Source: Nitrosopumilus sp.
GTDB lineage: Archaea > Thermoproteota > Nitrososphaeria > Nitrososphaerales > Nitrosopumilaceae
DNA length: 64,000 nucleotides
Direction of reading: 5' to 3'
Assembly (NCBI GenBank): GCA_965205425.1
Contig: CBDBGZ010000005.1
Coordinates: 128,001 to 192,000 of the forward strand
In this document: positions 59,555 through 64,000 of the stretch, piece after piece
Numbering within the stretch: the stretch's first letter is position 1
Layout: each line of letters starts with the position of its first letter
Position numbers and translations under genes: made by a program
The notes under the pieces: model-generated
What the model was told of the DNA's origin: nothing
Database searches by the model: none
What the model saw: the letters and a program-made list of their open reading frames with translations, nothing else

Positions 59555-59562
59555 TTTTTATT

Positions 59563-62121
59563 CTAACTCCAAAAGAATTCATCTAATCCAGTTTGTTTTG
59601 GTTTTCCTAACATTGTATCAAAATCCAAATCCATTGAAGCTGTAATTTGTTCTAGCGTTGATTCTAAAAATTCCATATATTTTTTGGAATCAATCTCTTC
59701 TTTTTTTGCCAGTTCTACTGGTTTTACGCCTGGTTTGTTTAGAATTTTGATAAACGATATTTTATCTCCTTTTTTTATTTCTCTAATTGATTCTAATTGT
59801 TTTGCAGCTCTGATGTGCTGAGGAATAGTTTTAATATATTCTGATGGTGCCTTGCTTAGCATCACATTGAATGTTAAATCCTCTAGTGGGATTTCTTTTG
59901 CTTCTACTTTTTTACCACATGTTGCAATTTTTTCTGAAATTTCTTGTTTTGCTTTTACAAAGTCTTCCATAGTTTGAACTTTGGATAGCACATCAATTAA
60001 TTCATAGAATAAATTTTTGATAAATGCTGGAGTGTGTGATTTTTTACCTGTTAATCCTTTGACATCTACTTTGCCTGATTTTGTAACCCCTAGATAGTTT
60101 TTCTTTCTATTACTTAATACACAATATCTGTATGTTTTATCAATCTCTAAATCTACTCCGTGGTCTTTCTTTGCTTGGTCTATTACAATCTGAATTTGTT
60201 CCTTTGTTGGATTTTTGATAAACAGTGAATCTGTATCTCCATAAAGAACTTCTATTCCAGCTTCTTCACATTTTTTAATTGTCTCTAAAATTGTATGTCT
60301 CCCAATAGCTGTAGTTGCCTCTGCTACTGGTAGGAAATACAATGGAAATATTTCAGCACCCATTACCCCATAGCTGGCATTTAGAATTACTTTGAGTGCT
60401 TGACTGACTACTGTATACTGCTGTCTTTGATCATCCGTAAGTGTCTCTTTTTTTGATAAACTCTTGTAATAATTTACTCTCAAATCCCTCAATGACCCAA
60501 TGATCATTGATGTTAGACCATTTTTCTTTGTACAAGCCCAATGATTCGTTCCTGGTATTGTATTTGTTTTACATTCTTCATGAGGGCATCTTACTGTTTC
60601 ATATGATAGATTTCGAACTTTGATAATACTTGGATATAGACTTGCAAAATCCATCACGACAACATCAAAATGAATTCCTTCTTTTGGCTCGACAACAAGA
60701 CCTCCTCGATATTTTTTATCTTTGATGACTGCATCTGACATAACTCCTTCTGATCTTCTTTGCAATTCTTCTCGTTTTGGAATTAAGCAGTTTCTTCGTC
60801 TATGTTCATAATACAATAAACTTCTAATCCATTGCGATACTCCCATCCTTGCAATATCATCAATTGGCATTCTGCCTATTCTTGCAATGATTACAAGCAA
60901 GTCCATCATCAAATCTTTGTTAAAACTGGTTAGTTCGTATGTTAGCAGGGCATCATTGTAACAATAATTTGCAGTTTGATACAATGATAATTCATCAAAC
61001 TCTAATCCATAGTCTATCTTTTCTTTTCCTAACAATGCCTTTGATACACTGTTTAGAGAAAAATCCGTATACTTTTGACTAAATGCATAGATTTGAAATG
61101 AACGATTTGAGAGAACTTTGTACAAATCAAGATGAACTCCTTCTTTGAGAGTGGCTGAATCTCTCATCATGTATAATGGATTTTCTATTTTTTTTATTCC
61201 TAATCTTTCTGCTCTGTTATACAGGTATGGTAAATCAAATTCATCTCCATTGTATGTGAGAACAAATGGAAATGATTTGATGATTTGAAATGCATCTTGT
61301 ATCATTTCTTTTTCTTTATCTAAATCATAAAATGTGACTTTGATGTTTTGCTCTAATTCATTTGTTCCTTGTTCAGTTCCTTCTGTTTTGAGCACAAAAA
61401 TCTGATCAAATCCATCAGAACCTTTCAATCCTATGGCTGTAACTTTCTTTTCTGCTAGTTTTGGGTCTGGAATCCTGCCAATTTCTGCCTCTACTTCTAT
61501 ATCTACACTTAATCGTTTTATTTTTGGAATTGGTTGGTTTAACAAATCTGCCCATTCAGAAATATATTTTTTAAACTCTTCTGCATCAACCATACTTTCA
61601 CTATCTACTTTATCCCAGAGTAAACTTTTCAGAGCTAGTTTGACTTCATCTGAGATTTCTAGATCATGTTGTTTTATTTTTCCATCTACAATTTCATAAT
61701 ATTTTCCAACGATTATTTTTCTATCATACAAATAATTTTCATAATATTTGATATCTGATTCCCATGTTTCTATCACATTTCTGATACTTTTATCTCCTGC
61801 AGTTCCTCCTATGGTGAGAGGATCTGCAACAGTAATCTTTGACATGTCTATTTCATTGTCTTTCATCAAATCATATCGTTGCACCGTTTTAATCTCTAAA
61901 ACATCTTCTCTCTCTTGAAGAAAATCTAACTCATCTGGTGCTAATCTTGAATAACAATATGGTTTATGACCAATTTCATCTTTCCATAAGAATAATTCTT
62001 TAGATTTAGGTTCATAGAATTTTAAAACTGCTGATCTTGAAATGTTGTCATATGTTGCAGATACTAACATTGATGCTGGCATTGAATCAATCTTTTTAGT
62101 TTCTGGCAAATTTACTTGCAT
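59563..62121 (-). CDS. polB: Family B DNA polymerase (PolB1)
   Basis: DIE, YNG..FD exonuclease; DFASLYPS, K...N..YG, YGDTDS; C-terminal PIP box. Confidence 0.97.
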   Translation of the reverse strand: MQVNLPETKKIDSMPASMLVSATYDNISRSAVLKFYEPKSKELFLWKDEIGHKPYCYSRLAPDELDFLQEREDVLEIKTVQRYDLMKDNEIDMSKITVADPLTIGGTAGDKSIRNVIETWESDIKYYENYLYDRKIIVGKYYEIVDGKIKQHDLEISDEVKLALKSLLWDKVDSESMVDAEEFKKYISEWADLLNQPIPKIKRLSVDIEVEAEIGRIPDPKLAEKKVTAIGLKGSDGFDQIFVLKTEGTEQGTNELEQNIKVTFYDLDKEKEMIQDAFQIIKSFPFVLTYNGDEFDLPYLYNRAERLGIKKIENPLYMMRDSATLKEGVHLDLYKVLSNRSFQIYAFSQKYTDFSLNSVSKALLGKEKIDYGLEFDELSLYQTANYCYNDALLTYELTSFNKDLMMDLLVIIARIGRMPIDDIARMGVSQWIRSLLYYEHRRRNCLIPKREELQRRSEGVMSDAVIKDKKYRGGLVVEPKEGIHFDVVVMDFASLYPSIIKVRNLSYETVRCPHEECKTNTIPGTNHWACTKKNGLTSMIIGSLRDLRVNYYKSLSKKETLTDDQRQQYTVVSQALKVILNASYGVMGAEIFPLYFLPVAEATTAIGRHTILETIKKCEEAGIEVLYGDTDSLFIKNPTKEQIQIVIDQAKKDHGVDLEIDKTYRYCVLSNRKKNYLGVTKSGKVDVKGLTGKKSHTPAFIKNLFYELIDVLSKVQTMEDFVKAKQEISEKIATCGKKVEAKEIPLEDLTFNVMLSKAPSEYIKTIPQHIRAAKQLESIREIKKGDKISFIKILNKPGVKPVELAKKEEIDSKKYMEFLESTLEQITASMDLDFDTMLGKPKQTGLDEFFWS

Positions 62122-62125
62122 TTTC

Positions 62126-62653
62126 TCACTCTAATTTCTCGTATTTACTTACTAGTTCTCTTGCCCATTTTGCAATTTTATTTTTATCTAAATGAATTAC
62201 TTCCACTCCTGCTTCGTTTAACAAGTCATAATCTGTTTCAGGATATGCATCAAGACAAACAAATTTTCTAATTCCTATGGTGATTGCCATTTTTGTACAT
62301 TCTAGGCATGGCACAAATGTAGTGTATAGAATTGCACCTTTTACTCCAGCTTCTATTCCTAAAATTGCACAATGCATTATTGCATTAGCTTCTGCATGAT
62401 TACATAAGCAGCGGTCTAATGATGCCCCTGATTCAATTTTCCCTTCCATTCTGAGTTGACACCTTTTACATCCCCCTTCAAAACAATTCTTGATGCTAGG
62501 TGGAGTTCCGTTGTATCCTGTTGCTAACTGTCTGTTGTTTCTAACAATTACTGCACCAACTTGTCTTGTTATGCAGTTTGAGCGAAGTTTGGCAAGTTCT
62601 GCTTGAAGCATGAAATATTCATCCCAACTTGGTCTATCAAAAGAACTACTCAC
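62126..62653 (-). CDS. dCMP deaminase
   Basis: RPSWDEYF, GYNG, HAE.NA, PC..C. Confidence 0.92.
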   Translation of the reverse strand: MSSSFDRPSWDEYFMLQAELAKLRSNCITRQVGAVIVRNNRQLATGYNGTPPSIKNCFEGGCKRCQLRMEGKIESGASLDRCLCNHAEANAIMHCAILGIEAGVKGAILYTTFVPCLECTKMAITIGIRKFVCLDAYPETDYDLLNEAGVEVIHLDKNKIAKWARELVSKYEKLE

Positions 62654-62751
62654 ACAAATTCTGTCTGTCTGTTCAATATATGGATCACGCTAATTCACAT
62701 TTGATGTGCGATCAAACATAGTTATTATCAAGATGAGATTAAAATTCTGAT

Positions 62752-62910
62752 ATGGGATTCAAAAAAGGCATTCACAAATGTGTCGAATGTGAGAAAAAAA
62801 TGAAAGAGAATCCTGATGAAGCAGGTATGTGCAGTAAATGTGGTGCAGCAGAAACCCGTATTGAAAAAACTGTATACAAAGAATTAATCGACGAAGGACG
62901 ATTCCCATAA
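62752..62910 (+). CDS. 52-aa zinc-finger microprotein
   Basis: MGFKKGIHKCVECEK...MCSKCG... Confidence 0.7.
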   Translation: MGFKKGIHKCVECEKKMKENPDEAGMCSKCGAAETRIEKTVYKELIDEGRFP

Positions 62911-62949
62911 CCTAATTTCTAACATATTATTTTCTAAAATTTATCAAAA

Positions 62950-63112
62950 GTGAGATTGAAAGAACTGAAGAGGCTCTTCCAATCCCATGAAGAATGGAGA
63001 GAATCCGTTCTTCATAATTGCGTTTCGATTACCCGATTTGGTAATCGCGATTTTTGGAATCACGCAACAGATTATCTGTATGGTGCTGTAAAAACTTAGA
63101 TGAATAGCACTC
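62950..63112 (+). ncRNA. Candidate multi-hairpin structured RNA upstream of hef
   Basis: Series of stems including a 12-bp hairpin and a three-way junction; G-U pairs favour + strand. Confidence 0.55.
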
Positions 63113-63174
63113 ATTAGCTAACATTAGACTATACGAAAGCATAAAATCAACAAATTACGATCTTTGTATATCTG

Positions 63175-64000
63175 ATGACTGAATTTGTTGAAAAAAAATA
63201 TGTGAAAAAAAATTCTATTGAAAAGCGAGATTATCAAATCAATCTTGCAAATCAGGCAATAAAGGAGAATTGTATTGTGGTTTTACCTACTGGCCTTGGA
63301 AAAACCGCTGTTGCTTTACATGCGATTTCTGAATTTCTGGCAAAAGGAACTGGCGGCATTTTATTTTTAGCACCTACACGAGTTTTAGTAAATCAACATT
63401 ATGAATTCTTGAAAAATAATTTGACATTAGATGACATATCGTTAATTACTGGGGAGGATACAATACCAAAAAGAACAAAACTTTGGAATAATAGTATTGT
63501 TTGTGCAACTCCGGAAATTGCTCGAAATGATTTGAATCGAAAAATAGTTTCTTCAGATCAATTCAATTTAGTTGTGTTTGATGAAGTTCATCGAACTGTA
63601 GGTGATTATGCATATTCTGGGATTGCTGAATGGTTTGCAGATTCTCCTGCTAGATTAATTGGAATGACTGCAACTTTACCTAGTGAGAAAGAAAAAGCAA
63701 CTGAGATTTTAACAAAATTGCGAATCTCCAGTGTTGCAGAACGTACAGAAGATAGTCCTGATGTAAAACCTTACACTCAAGAAACAAACACAGAATGGAT
63801 TAACGTAGAGCTTCCACCTGAATTAAAAGAAATACAAAAATTATTGAAATTAGCGTTAGATGAACGATATGATATTCTAAGAAAGAATGGAATTCGTTTG
63901 GCTGAACAACAATCACTTTCAGCATTACTTCGAATTAGACAATTTGTTCTTAATCAAAATAGGCGTTCTGCAAAACCTTTGTTCACTGCAATCCGAATAC
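63175..64000 (+). CDS. hef: Hef/FANCM-like SF2 helicase, 5' part (runs off window)
   Basis: RDYQ, LPTGLGKT, LAPT, ATPE, DEVH, GMTAT by manual translation. Confidence 0.9.
   Translation, partial: MTEFVEKKYVKKNSIEKRDYQINLANQAIKENCIVVLPTGLGKTAVALHAISEFLAKGTGGILFLAPTRVLVNQHYEFLKNNLTLDDISLITGEDTIPKRTKLWNNSIVCATPEIARNDLNRKIVSSDQFNLVVFDEVHRTVGDYAYSGIAEWFADSPARLIGMTATLPSEKEKATEILTKLRISSVAERTEDSPDVKPYTQETNTEWINVELPPELKEIQKLLKLALDERYDILRKNGIRLAEQQSLSALLRIRQFVLNQNRRSAKPLFTAIRI

Noticed and set aside
62944..63114. 56-codon minus-strand ORF (MSAIHLSFY...)
   Set aside because: No recognisable motif; G-U pairing supports a + strand RNA instead, though the ORF is not excluded

Overview
AT-rich archaeal chromosome segment whose gene content (CdvA, FEN1, PolB1, TFB, duplicated ThyX, MeaB/methylmalonyl-CoA mutase/epimerase of the 3HP/4HB cycle, many Cys-rich microproteins) points to an ammonia-oxidising archaeon of the Nitrosopumilus type (inferred, not searched). 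Core blocks at about 1-13.7 kb, 21.2-33.1 kb and 47.2-64 kb flank two accessory regions. The first is a ~7.4 kb island after fen (13.7-21.1 kb). It carries an RNase J-like MBL hydrolase, a frameshifted PD-(D/E)XK/DUF5655 protein, a RusA-like protein, a CARF-like/HTH regulator divergent from a PIN gene and a virus-like chain of coupled small ORFs, a Mesh1/SpoT-type HD hydrolase and a nucleoside-deoxyribosyltransferase-like protein. Two apparent fusion scars lie in it. The second is an IS-dense zone (33.3-47.1 kb) with six IS copies of four types. Their target-site duplications record a 4.3 kb inversion and probably a larger breakpoint. Also present: tRNA-Ser(CGA), two unannotated structured RNA candidates (35.65-35.74 kb, and 62.95-63.11 kb upstream of hef), and a cluster of microproteins sharing a 23-bp promoter motif at fixed spacing. 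No CRISPR array or rRNA was seen. All family calls are by motif recognition only.
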